64,000 nucleotides of DNA from Eledone cirrhosa (taxonomy: Eukaryota), in assembly GCA_964016885.1 (NCBI GenBank), contig OZ024750.1:30752001-30816000 (forward strand). Direction: 5' to 3'. The notes beneath the pieces are model-generated. The model saw only the letters and a list, made by a program, of their open reading frames with translations, was not told the origin of the DNA and ran no database searches. Positions 13,801 to 28,500 of the stretch are shown in pieces. How positions within the stretch are numbered: position 1 is the first letter of the stretch; every line of letters starts with the position of its first letter. Made by a program: the position numbers and the translations under genes.

Positions 13801-16800
13801 TTCCATGGTATGATGCCTACCACTTTACAGAGTGTACTGGCTGTATTTTCCTGGTACCAGTAATAGAAAGGTTGTTACATGCTCATTCAGACTGAAGGGC
13901 CCTCTTAAATCCAGACTGAATATGTCTTATTCTTCACAATTTAATGACAGCAACATTATCATAGAATGTCATATTGTATTTGGATGACTAAACAGATCAA
14001 CAATAATTCTTGTATTATGAAATCCTTTATATATGAAACCTTAATACTTTAACCCTTTACTATTTACATTACTCTATATTTACTATTGTATTTTTGTGGT
14101 AAAGACTTTATCTCACATAATTATCTCATATAATATCGAATCCATGAGATTTTGATATTATTTATTTTGAGAACAATATATTCTCATAAATATGAGTGGC
14201 TAGTTACAGCCTGTTTGAACGAAACAGGTGAAAGAATTCTAGCTGGATACAGCTGGTTTAAATGTTAAACGGTTAATGTGATTTTTTAAAAATTGTTATT
14301 AGCTATTTAGAAATTATTCTAGCTTCTTACTAAAATATTTATATGAAATTTTAAATACATATTTAAAAATGAAACTGCAGGTCAAGTATTTTTGGTGTTT
14401 TAAGATAACCATACACCTTCACATCTAAATGAATGCTTCAAAGGTGAAGCATTCATTTCACTTTCGCTAATAGCTAGAATATATGTGACCTGCCACACCT
14501 GCATACTTGTAGACTTCTCCACTAACTGGAGCAGTTGTGTCAAACTATTGTTGAATTAATAGTTGATCATCAAACTGCCGACATATATTCAATATAATTT
14601 ATTTTGTGTTTATAAATCTATTAAAATATTACTTAAAAAAAATCCAGTTCATTTAGATCAGGGGTCTCAAACATGGACTACTTTTTATGGCCCACAACAG
14701 AACAAGTTTCATGGCCACTATTTTTCTAAAACATGGTAATTTGTCCTTGTTTTTATAATAATATATATATAATATAATTTATTGTCATTTACCAATGAAA
14801 TACAATAAAATGGAAATAAGGGAATTTACCAAAAGCGAAAATGGCACAAATTCTAAAAACAGAATTATGGAAAATTTGTCCCCCTACATTTTGTACTATT
14901 TCACATATTCCACTTACCATAAATGTATTTATTTTAATGAATAATAAATAGCAGCTTATCAGCTGTATTGTAGATTAGCATTATAACTGGTAAAATTCCC
15001 CATATCTCATCTCAATTTTAGCTCTCCCCCATGACGAAATGGCCCTTTTGAGTCCTTGAGTTTGAGACCCTTGATTTAGATACTGTCACTAATACTTACA
15101 CCCAACTGGCAATGTAAACAAGTGGATCAATCCTAAATACTAATATTTCTAATATTTAATCAAATATCTAAGTGAGGTTATGTTACATTTTAATAAGGGT
15201 ATCAATATTTATTTTTATTGAAGTTTACTTGAAAATCATATAGGCATACATATAGGTTATCTTTTCGAATGATTTTGGACCAGTGTCCTCCACCTACTAA
15301 CAAATATTTTGTAATGTTTACTATATAACCCCCACCTCTAACATCAAAAGATTATAAAGTGATTTATCAATACTTATGATACATTTAATTAGAACATTGG
15401 GTTCAAAAGCAAAAGTTAAGAGAAATTACCTCTAGCATTTGGTTGATAAAAGCAGGATATATTTGAAGCTGTACAATAGCTGGAACATAAATGATAAAAA
15501 TTAATTATAAAATATTGAGAAAGATTATTTGTATTGTGAACTATAAATGTTCAAGAGATATCTGATAAAATTATGGACAGTGATTATAATAAAGACTAAA
15601 TTATTATAATTGTTAATCTAAAGAGTGGTGAGCTCAGGCATGGAGATGCTATAAAATAGTTTATAAAATAGGCTGAAGACCCTTAAAGAAAGAAAAAGAA
15701 GTGCCATTTGCTGCAACGAGGAACTGAACCAAGTATCTCTCAGATATTGGGTGTTTCTCCTTGAGAAACGATTTAAGAAAACAAAAAGATGAAAATAGTA
15801 AATAAGAATACAAATTTTGTAGTTAACTTCAAACACATAACTGGCTAACTGAATCACAGGTTGACAACAAGTATTTTAAGGCCATCTTCCCTGTTAGAGC
15901 AGAGGTTAACTTTGTGGGCCATATGACATGCTACTCCATTTTTCCATACTATCTGTATCATCCCTCATCAACTTTCATTTCCACCTTCATCAAATTAAAC
16001 CTTGTTTTTCTTGGTCTTCCCTTTCCTCAACTTCCTTCCACATTCATTTTGATCCTTCCTTTCATCATTCCTCAACACATAACTCAACCGTCTCATTCCA
16101 TTTCTGATCACAACATTCATCATTGGTTCTATTCCCATCACTCCTCTCATCCAGTCAGTCATTCTTCCACAACACATGACCCAACCATCTCCTTCCATTT
16201 ATGATCACAACATTCATCATTGGTTCTATTCCCATCACTCCTCTCATCCAGTCAGTCATTCTTCCACAACACATGACCCAACCATCTCCTTCCATTTCTG
16301 ATCACAACATTCATCACTGGTTCTATTCCCATCACTCCTCTCATCCAGTCAGTCATTCTTCCACAACACATGACCCAACCATCTCCTTCCATTTATGATC
16401 ACAACATTCATCACTGGTTCTATCCAGTCAGTCATTCTTCCACAACACATGACCCAACCATCTCCTTCCATTTATGATCACAACATTCATCACTGGTTCT
16501 ATTCCTATCATCTTCTGCTGCTTATTGTTTGTCTTCCTCTCTCTCAGCAATACTCCACTCATCTTCCAGAACATTCTCATTTCGATTCTTTCCAATATTC
16601 TCTGCTGTTCCACATTTGTCATTTATGTCTTACTCCCATAAATCATGGAACTTCTCACATATGCATCATGCAACTTCAGTTTCAGCCACCCTCCCCTCTT
16701 TATTAGCACACACTCAGTTCCATCTTTAGAATAGTTACATGGTGTCTCTGCCTGTCATAGGAAGCAACTGAAACAGTTGGCACCAGGAATCTGAAAATTC

Positions 16801-17392
16801 AGATTTCTCTCCCCTCATGGCATAAAATATATACTCTCCTGTTTGAACTGTTAAAGGCGATTGATTTGGTATAAAACTAAATACTTTAAAATATTTACTT
16901 TGCTATTCTATCATTTCTATTGTTTAATTGTTCATTTAGTGAACATTTATTTTACACATATATTTTACATATATTTCACATCAATTTCACATAAATTTCA
17001 CATACATTTCACATAAATTTCACATACATTTCACATCAATTTCACATACATTTCACATCAATTTCACATACATTTTATATATATTTCACATTTATTTCAC
17101 ACATAAATTATATATATATTCCACATATATTTCACACATATATTTTATATATATTCCACATTTATTTCACATTTATTTCCTATTATTTTGGTGACAGATG
17201 CAGCTGGGCAAAAATATCTGATTGAATCAGACATTGAAAAACCAGTTACTAAATGAATTAAATAATTACATAGTTCTGTTGATATACTAAAATTGAGATG
17301 CTATTTTTCAAACGTTAAACTAATATATTTCTTCCATGTGCCATTTGTTTTGTTCCTTTTGTTATTTCTGATTACCTTTTACACACACACAC

Positions 17393-17432
<40 letters not shown>

Positions 17433-18263
17433 TATATATAAATTTCAGTGTACTAGCACAAAGTCAATTTGTCTAGTTCAATACACGTATATATATATAT
17501 AAGAGAGTGTTGAAGTTTGCTTGAAGCATTGTGGAATAATAAAATTGGTCGTTTTGGAAGCCTCAACAATGCAGATGGGTAAATCTGCAGATGGGTAAAT
17601 CTCCAGGTAACAGAATCAGGTAATGAGATAGATAGATGTAAGAGGAAATGTAGAATGAGTCAGTTGTATGCACACGATAAACAACAGAGACCACGTGTTG
17701 TCCCTCTCCGACTAAAAACTTTTCCCCTCGGAAAACCCCCAGTTGATGGATGTAAAATCTGAAATATAGAGACAATTAAATCACTTCCAAGGTAACTCTA
17801 TCATGTGTTATTACTTTTACACTCTTTCCTACGTTCTTCCCTATACATCTCATTCTACATTTCCTCTTACATCTCTCTCTCTCTCTCATTACCACCTGAT
17901 TCTGTTACCCGGAGATTTACTCATCTGCATTGTTGAGGCTTCCAAAACAACCAATTTTTTTTATATATATGTTTCCTTGAGCAAGACACTTTATTTCACA
18001 TTGCTCCAGTTTACTCAGCTGTAGAAATGAGATGATAGGGACTGGGGTCCATATCATTCCACTGCAAAGTGGTCGTGGAGGTGCCACGGCAAAAAAGCAC
18101 CCAGCACTCACTGTAAATGAGGTTGGTGTTAGGAAGGGCATCCAGCTGTAGAAATCAAGCCAGAATCAGTTCCCGTCCCACCCTTGCAAGCAGGGAAAAA
18201 GCGGACGTAAAATGAAATGATGATGATGAAATGATATATATATATATAAAATTGGTCGTTTTG

Positions 18264-18328
<65 letters not shown>

Positions 18329-21300
18329 TCTCATCAAAATATAAATGTGCTAATTAAATATCAATATTTTAACTATTAATTAAAAGTGTAAAAATGAATT
18401 AGTAAGACAGAGAGTAACATTTTCTGATTATAAACTTATAACTTACCATACTTCACAAGAATCTTCACGAATCAATTCATTATTATAGTAACCATTTTCA
18501 TTATAGAAACAATCAAAAGGACATGTTCCTAATGTACATGATTTGTTTTCATACTTATATTTGTCACACATGGACCCTTGAGAGAGTAATTTTCTGAAAA
18601 GAAAAAGTTAATATTTTTGAAAATGGTTATACAATGATACAGTTATTAGTACACTGCAGATCATTAATGATTTGTTTTTAAAGTTAACACATTTCAATTT
18701 TTTTTTTAATATTAAAACTTCTTTAATGAATATAATATATATAGGGTGGCCACAAAAACACCCCCTGATTTCACATACTTATAATACCTAAATAAATATT
18801 CTTACAACATTGGCGGCTACAGTTGCATAAACTAACAAAGTTTCATGTGGTATTGGGTGATATCATGCAACTGTAGCCACCAATATTGTAAGAATATTCA
18901 TTTAAGTTTTCATATTATAAGTATTTGAAATCAAGGTGTATTTTGTGGTCACCCTGTATAACATAATCAAATGAAAATCATTGTATACAATGCTCAGGTG
19001 CACTATAACTCATCAAAAGTGCATGTATAGAACATAGAATAATGTACAAAAGTCAGGAAAGTGAACAATGTATGAGTCATGATACACACACACAAAACAT
19101 GCATGTGTATGTATAACATAATTCTTATGGAATGAAAGTATAGACTGAAATAATATATACAATTAATTATTGCTAGGAAACATATTTAATGCACAAAAAT
19201 ACATGATCAAAGCGAAAAAAGTCCCTCAAAACACATCAATTCATCACCAAGTGTGTCAATCAGTCACATACCACAAGGGTCAATGGACATTTTTGAGATG
19301 AAATATATTTTGCTAAAGTAAAGGGCATAATTTCTTGGCCTTGGACCTTTCAGATGGATGAAAGGCTAAATTGCCTCAATTGAATTTGAACTAAACTCCT
19401 AGATGAACAATTTTTCAACTCTCTATCATTCTTAAACAGTGAGTTATTGATGAATCCACAGGTCAGTATTAGCAGGATTGAAATGTCTAGCTGTGCAGAG
19501 GTTATGAGTTCAAATTTCAACATGCTGTTGACATTTTGTTTTGTTTCTCAGTTTAACTGGCTGTCAGAAATATGTATACCTTTATCAAGGAATGTTACCT
19601 GTGCGAGATCCATGCCCTGGGAAGTAATCTCTAATTCTGAAACTAGAGCCAAGTAGTAAAAGAATTCTAGTTTCAAACATGTGGAATAACAAAAGAAAAC
19701 TAGTGATTAGCAGAGCCCATCCGGGTCTGAATACAACAGATATCTTCCAGAGAAGGATAAAATGAGATATAGAGGGAGAATAAACCCTAGTGCTAGACTG
19801 GGGCTTTTTATCAACCTTGAAAGGATGAAAGGCAAAGTTGAGCTTGGCAGAATTTGAACTGATGTTCTAATGACTCTGCCAATTTACTGCCTCATTTTAT
19901 TGAGCCTTCATAAATCAAAGACAAAGTAAAACTTGGAAGACTTTGGACTTAGAATGTAGTTTGTGTATTTTTACTACTTAAGCAGGAATGGAAGGTTAAT
20001 GTTCATGACCCTTTTCAGGGCCTCTGAGATAGGTAGAAGGAAGTTATCTTCAAACTGGAAACCTGGCCTGGATGTTTGCAACAGAGTGAATCATATAAAG
20101 GTACCCACAGACAAGTTAGTGGTGTTAAACTGGGTGGTGAATTAGGCCCTTCACATATATTCAGTGTGGCTGATTACATCAACCCTACCTCACATGACTA
20201 TTTTTACCACGATACTTATATGAATAACAACATTCAATCCAGCTGTATTCTATTCACACAATACTTAAGAGATTAATTAGAAGAATTAATATCTAAATGA
20301 GGTTGGCATTAGGAAGGGCATCCAGCTGTAGAAACCAAGCCAAAATCAGTTCTGTGTAAGCAAGACATGGTCACCTGACCTAGCATTGCCCACAACAGCG
20401 CAACTCGTCTAACCCATGCTAGTGTGAAAAAATGGATGATAAACGGTGGTGATGATGATGAATGAGATTCTACAAACCAACATTACCTGTAACGGTATTG
20501 TACCCCAGCACCACAGGTTTTACTACAGGCACCCCAACTTGTCCACTTGGCATATACACAACCTGTAATGATACAGTGAACAGGAGATTTATTCATTCTA
20601 TAGTCAAATGAAGAAATTCATGTTGGTTTTAGAAAAATAATATTTTACACCCAATAACACATTGATATTAAATGAAAAATGAAAAAAATCCAGAAAACCT
20701 TTCTTTTCGTGTCATAACTAAATGGTCCAATATATAATGTATAATACATACTAATTAAGTCTAGGGCTGACAAAAACATGGTTGGGGTCTAGGTTTGAAA
20801 CAACTTTACCTGTATACATTTACCAAACAGGCCTTTATTTATCTTTGCTGTATAAACTAATTGATTGATTGGAACAGAGCTCTGTGGAAGGAAATATTTT
20901 GATGGAATGGAGTGTTTTGACAGCTTTGGTGTTTTTAAAAAGCTCACCTGTGAGGTGGAAAAGGTGATGTAGCAGGTGTCACTAGCTGTTCTCACTAGCA
21001 ATGCTTTTTTCCATCTTGTATGTGGAGCATAGCTGAGATATACTAACTAGCCAATAGTGTAGAGTTTTCTCCCCATTTCTTCCCCTTCCTTATTTTTCAA
21101 TATTGAATTTTTTCTCCCCACCCCTTCTTCCTTTCTCTTTTCCACAATTATTTTAATCATTTTATTGAAAATAAATACTTTCATCATTGTATACTTCTGT
21201 TCAACAATAAAGTTTTTATGAAAACAACAGCATATATTTCTACTTACAACTTTCTGTTATGTTAGTACATTGAATTTCTCCATGTTTACACACACTGCAA

Positions 21301-24300
21301 AATAAATAAAATGCTTACATTATTTAAGAAAAAAAATACATGACCTGTTGTTTAACACAATCGTCTTCCCAGCAATCGAGGTATTTTGGGGAGATGGGCT
21401 ACTGTCAATGAAATATTTGCTATCGCTTGTTGCTGACCTAACTGAAGTGTCAGATGTTGCCATTAAGGGGTTCTTGGCTATTCCATTTCTGTGGTAATGT
21501 CATATCTCAGATTGCCTCAAGATTTTTTAGAACAATGATTTGCACAGTCAGACCAAACATCAGCATTTTTAGTTAAAGTGTATAATTAAGTATGCCTGTC
21601 TTTTTCCTTTTTCATCTTCTTTGTGAATGTCTTTCTTTGTAATATCATAAGCCTTATATAGTCAGTTTCCTTCAAGAGTGAGCCCCATAAGTTGAAGAGC
21701 CTGTTCCAGCACACCCCCCTTGCTATCTTCTGGGGCAATGTCTTCTCCATTCTGTCCATTGAGACCACGAGGTAGACTGACCTTTAAACTTGCAAATACT
21801 TTACTTGATTAAAGAAATTGACATAAGATAAATTTCTCTACTAAATTTAGAAACAAAGTATATATAATATTGATCCCAAGTAGAATTAATTGTGACAGTT
21901 AACTAGGTACCTATGGTTAGACTGTTATCATATAGCAATACATTTATATATATCTTCATATACTCCTTGAGATGTCTTATTAGTGGCTGTACTGCAACAT
22001 GGCTTTAGTAATTTTGGGTAAAAATGTTAAAACCATAAATTTAATACATATCTCTAACCCATGCTAGCATGGAAAATAGATGTTAAAGGATGATGATGAT
22101 GCATGTATCACTGAATGTTAAAACTTTAAATTTAATAATACATATAACTATGTATGTATTATTAAATTTAAATCTATACATTTAATAATATATATAACTA
22201 TGTATGTATCACTAAATGTTAAAGCCATAAATTTAATAACATATATCTATGTTATATTAGTAAATCTAGAAGCCATAAATTTAATAATTATCTCTATGTA
22301 TCTAAGTATATATCACCAAATGAAATATTTCTATAGAAAAATTAAGAAAATACTAACCATTTCTCACAGATATGATGTGAAGAGGTTTCAAAATTATCCA
22401 GTACAGCAGTTCCATACTTATCATGGCAGAAACATTGATCTTTTGGCACACAATATCCATCTTGTTCAAGAGTATCCTCTGGACATCTACATCCAGGAAC
22501 ACAATTATCTGATTCCTGGCATACATCCTTTCCACCTTTATAGTCAGCACAAGTAAGTGGACAATGATTTGCACAGTCAGACCAAACTTTACCTCCAGTG
22601 CACACTAAGAACAAAAGAAAAACACATGAAAGATACAGGATACACAAGTTTCCTAAAATAGATTTTATGTATACACAAATGACGATGATGATGGCAGTGA
22701 TTATGGATCATTTCTTAGTTTCAATTATAAACATTTAATTGTTTGATCAACTAAACTACTTATTTGTTAGTTTAATGCATAAGTGGCTGAGTATTCCATA
22801 CTTAACAGGCCAAATCATTATGACTAAAGAATAAGAAGTTATTAATCAAATTGCAAATCTACCTATAATACAAATTTAAATAAATATATACAATTAAGGA
22901 TATATAAAATTATTTTTATATACAATTTGGTAATTCATAAGAGAACCAAAGCCTTCAATATATTATTACATAAAAACAAAAGGCATTTCTTCCTAGACAC
23001 TCACTCTGCCTGTTGCAGACTGCACATCAACATGAAATATTATTCCCCACAAAGTTCTATCACCAACAGCAGAGTTTAAAGAGCAAAAGTCAAGTCCAGT
23101 CCATAAGTTGACATTATCAAGCCAGCATTTTGGCTGTCAACCCTCCTTTTCTTACTGGCTAACTTTCCTTATTGGCATAACTTACGCACACCACAAGTTG
23201 AACTTTTGATATGACCATACAGTTTAAGTACTCTTGACTTGATAACTGATGTGATTAGTTTAAACTTGGTAATGTTGATTAGCTTATTGATAGAGATATG
23301 GTCACTAAGTTGTTTGTTATTCATAAGTCCCATGACATGGTTCTGTAATGTAGACAGTTTCAGAAGTGACCTTGTCGTCCAGTTAACACAATCAGGAACA
23401 CAACTGTTAGGATGTAAGTGTCAAAGGTTTCAGCCCTCAAATGATATGAAGCTCATTTTGATGTTAGCACTTCTTTATCCCTGTTGAAAGCTGCCCAATC
23501 CAGAACAATGCAATACTGCACAGTGACCATAACAGTTAATTTTCATAGAGTTTAGTCTTAATTATCAGGGAATGAAGACCAGATATTTTAAAGATGTAAT
23601 CATAATTCCTTTTAGTAGAAAACAATTGTGACACCTAAATAGGATCATAGACTATTCTAGAGAAAGAGAAATGAAATTTATGCATGCAGGAAATAATGAC
23701 CTCATTTTTTCAATACAAATGTTTAAAATTAGATATTTATTTCTAGGGGTTTAGTTAAGAACATATCAAGTTTAGAGCTGCCACCTTTATAAGGTTTAGC
23801 TGTTAATAATTGATAACCAAAGATTATATTGAATGTTAGAACAACAAATGAGGAAAAATTATTTGAAATCCGATATTTTGTGACCAGTTCATATTGAATG
23901 TAGTAAGATCTGAAGAAAACCAAAAGTAATGTTTATAACTATAAAATGAAAAAGTGTTGGCATGCACTGTAAATATCAGAAAATACCTTGTTCATTAGGA
24001 CATGGTTGCAATCCACATGCTGCAATTTGCACACCCATTCCAGAACAATCAGCTATTATTTCAATTTTGCTTATGCATTGTCGAGTCCTTTTCTGATATC
24101 CAATGTTACATGATGCTGAACAACTTTCCCAAGGTGCCCAAGGCATCCAGGAAGGTGATTCTGAAATGAAAAATACACATCTTTCACATAAAATATATAT
24201 CATTTACATACATCACTTTCATAAAATATATATCATTTAGATTAAATTTACATAATTTTTAAACTATGTTATTTTCATAAAATATACTTAATTTACATTC

Positions 24301-25528
24301 ACATAACATATACATACATTACATAAAATATACTTAATTTACATTATATACATCATTTACATAACATATACATACTTTACATAAAATACACATCATTTAC
24401 AAAAAATATACATCATTTACATAAAACCCTTTAAGACAATTAGGCTTTCTTTACTATTTAGTTTATATAGCTATCTATCTATATTCATCTTTTTATGGCT
24501 CTTCTACAATGTAATGTTAATAATTCTTATAATTACAAAATCCACAGAAAAATGTGTAAGAAATTACCTTCACATGGAATGAAATTGCAATCAGATGTTT
24601 CTTCTGTTGGTAAATTACAATCATCTTTTCCTTTCTTTAATAGTCTCTTCCTTGATCGAATTCTGTTTCCTGTATCACAGCTCTTGGTACATCCAGTCCA
24701 ACCAGACCAAAGGGAATAAGCACATCCTGAAATTATGATATATTTTATTTTATTTATCGATTGATTGAGAAGATCCCAGACATCATTCAGAGCAGGGGCA
24801 ATAAACACACCCTGAAATTATGATTTTTTTTTTTTATCTAGTTTTATTTATTGATCGATTGTGAAGATCCCAGATGTCATTTGGTTATCAAGTGAGGTGG
24901 AACTCATCAAATCCGACCAAGGAAACAATGTTTCCTTTGGTATTTCCATTGCTGATACTAATTACCAGTCACAACTCCTGGAAGATTAGTTACTAGGAAA
25001 AAACATTGGTATTTCCATTGCTGATACTATTTACCAGTCACAACTCTTGGAAGATTAGTTATTAGGAAAAAGGATTAAACATGAACATTTCTACACTGTC
25101 ATACATACAATACCATACAAACTGATCATATTTCAGAAAGGAATCAATAATTACCTTTACATATATTGTTGGTACATTGTAACATGGCATTATTACAAGT
25201 GCTGAAATACAGAAACAAATTATATCAGGTTAGCTGGTGCCTTAAATATCTTTTTAAAAAATCCCAAATTAAAAGGAAGATATACTATTTTATTAGTAAA
25301 TAACTGTCCCTTACCAGTTATTGCAAGAAATATGAACGATAACACCTTCCTCGATTTTATCAAATTCATGAGCAACTTCTTCTTCACTTGAGGCACCAGT
25401 TCTACCATCTTTTTCTATCCATCCTATTACATTTCCTGGGATGTAACCTAACAGTGCTTCAATATCACATATCTTGAGGACACACACTAGAAATAAAATT
25501 CAAACAATTAATACAGCTAGTAAGTGCC

Positions 25529-25561
<33 letters not shown>

Positions 25562-28500
25562 TTGAATATGTATTGGTTGTTTACCAAAACGTCAGTATGC
25601 AGGTTGGAGCACTCAACAGAGTGTGCAGGCTGGTTTATTTACTCCGGAGTAATGTAAAAATAAGAAGTGTAAGTCAACAGGGTAAAATTAGGTTCATTTA
25701 TTCATATTCAGTGATAGCCATTATTCAGCAGCTATGACCTCATCAGGCAGTAAGAATTTAAACAGAAAAAACAGGAAAACATGATGTTGTAATGGATTTT
25801 ACCTTGTTAATTCATTGATATGCCCAGCTCCTGGGTGTGTTGTTAGTCCTCTAAGGAGCTGGGCATATCAATGAATTAACAATGTAAGATCCATTACAAC
25901 ATCATGTTCTCCTGTTTTTTCTGTTTAAATTCTTACTGCCTGATGAGGTCTAGCTGTTGAATAATGGCTATCACTGAAATATATATACCAGCAAATATGA
26001 ATAAACGAAGCTAATTTTACCCTGTTGACATACACTTCTTATTTATATATATATATACACACACATATATGAGGGGATGCTGAAAAGTTCCTGGCTTGAT
26101 CACTGCTACAGAGGTCTGGTTGGCAGCCCAACCTTCCAAGTTCTTTTTACAGAGCTTAGAAAAACTGAAGGACTGCAGCAATAAGTGTTATATATATATA
26201 CATACAATTAATACAGTTAGTTTGTGTGTGTGTTTATATATATATATATAACGAAGGAGGTGTGTTAAGGAACCAGATGGACCATAACACACCAAAGTAC
26301 TCAATAGTTAGGGTAGTAGAGTGGGTAAATAGGAAACAGTTTAACCCGACGGCAGAGCTCAAGCCGTTTCGATGGCTATTTCTGAAGAGTCCAGAAATAG
26401 CCGTCAAAACGGCTTGAGCTCTGCCGTGGGGGTTAAACTTTTTCCTATATATATAAATACTTATAAAAAGAGGAAAGCAAGAATAGGAGAAAATTTCAAT
26501 GCATTAAGGCATTGAAATGTCCAAGACCCCCAGCAGGTAAATGATGAAGGAAAATTTTCTCCCCTTCTTGCTTTCTCTTTTTATAAGTATTCCTTATCCA
26601 GCAACTACACAACCAGTTTATTCTTAAATATATCATCAACATCATCATTTCATTTTACGTCTGCTTTTTCCCTGCTTGCAAGGGTGGGATGGGAACTGAT
26701 TCTGGCTTGATTTCTACAGCTGGATGCCCTTCCTAACACCAACCTCATTTACAGTGAGTGCTGGGTGCTTTTTTGCCGTGGCACCTTCACGACCACTTTG
26801 CAGTGGAATGATATGGACCCCAGTCCCTATCATCTCATTTCTACAGCTGAGTAAACTGGAGCAATGTGAAATAAAGTGTCTTGCTCAAGGAAACAACACA
26901 TCACCCGGTCTGAGAATTGAACTCACAACCTTTCGATTGCAAGCCCAATGCTCTAACCACTAACCCATGTGCCTCCAAAATAAATAATATCAAAATCTCA
27001 TAGATTCAATATTATGTGAGATATTATGTAAGATAAAGCCTTTACAATGAAAATACAATAGTATAAAGGGTTAAAGCAGTACAAATATTTTATTACCAAC
27101 ATTAGTTTCATTGAAAAAGTTGTAAATATTTACCAACCTGGTGGTTTAGTGGCAGGTGAGATTGTTGTAGCAAATGATGGCAATCCTGTGAGAAAATAAC
27201 ATATTGAATTAAAAAATATAAAAAACAAAACAGCTTTTCAATTTATAGCTTATCCCTCATAACTTGGGCAATAGTTTGATGAAAAGAGATTGATAATGTA
27301 AGTAGCAGAATTGAAGAAAGAATCACTGAAGTTATAAATGATATAATATGAGTGACATCATTTATGTAAACTAAATTTGTTGATGGAGTTCAAACTTTAT
27401 ATATATATAATAATAATAATTGTTTCTACTTTTGGCACAAGGCCAGCAATTACCCAGGTGCTTTATTTTATTGACCCTGTGAGGATGAAAGGCAAAGCTA
27501 ACCTTGATGGGATTTGAACTCAGAACTTAAAGGGCCATAACTCTATGCTGAAAAGCATGGTGTCTGATGCTCTACCGATACTGCCAATTCACCGCCCTCT
27601 TATATACAATCTTTTATGATTTAGTGTTAAAAACTAAAAACTAATGATAAAATAAAAATATACCTTTAAAAATGAGGCCCCCAAGGGTGTGTGACCCTAA
27701 GCTATAGCTTATTTAGCTTATAGGTAAGTTCAGGACTTGGAAGATTTATATGTAGTTGTATATACATTATTGTATACACATTGGGACATTTTAGGTGTGA
27801 TTATTGTACTTCTACTTTTTCGCCCACTTATTCCTTGGAGGGTTCTGGAGGCAGAGTCCTCAAGCATGCCTTCCAGTTGGTCCTGACAGAAGCAACTGTC
27901 TCCAACTCATCTGGCTGAATCCCCAAGTAAGACCAGCTGAGATCATGGATGTTATTCAAACATCTTGCTCGGGGTCTACCCCTGGGTCTCCTGCTAGTTG
28001 GTTTTGTCTATAAAAATCTGTCCAGCAAATCTTTCCTGAGATATTCTGACCATGCTAATTATTTACTTATGAAGGAATGGACCTTGTCCTTAGTCAGATA
28101 GACTAAGTCAAGAAGTGATTATAGTAACTTAATGTAAAAATCATTGCATGTTATCAACTGTATTGTTTTTATGATGATGAAAATAATTTGAATATCTTAG
28201 AGAAATGAGTAAATGCCTGAAGAACAATGATGTCATTTAGAAGAAAAATGGGTAAGAGAAGCAGCTTGTCATAAAAAGGAATGCTACAGTTAGAAAACAT
28301 ACTCTCATTAGAAAAATCTCTAAAATTATCTATATGTAGAAATCATACCAAATGGATAACAAAAGAAAATATCCTTTAGCATTTAAACCAGCCATATCTG
28401 GCCAGAATTCTCTCCCATCTTTCAGTTCAAACCAGCTGAAACTAGACACTCATATTTATGTTAAGGTATTGTTCTCAAAATAAATAATATCAACATCTCA

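Noticed and set aside
15100-15132. Possible 33-nt AG/GTAAGT micro-exon
   Set aside because: Not needed for frame and its peptide does not fit between the VWC-like and TSP1 modules; unsupported without RNA data.
4513-25486. Assigning the symbol SSPO or MUC
   Set aside because: The domain set is similar but orthology cannot be shown from this window.
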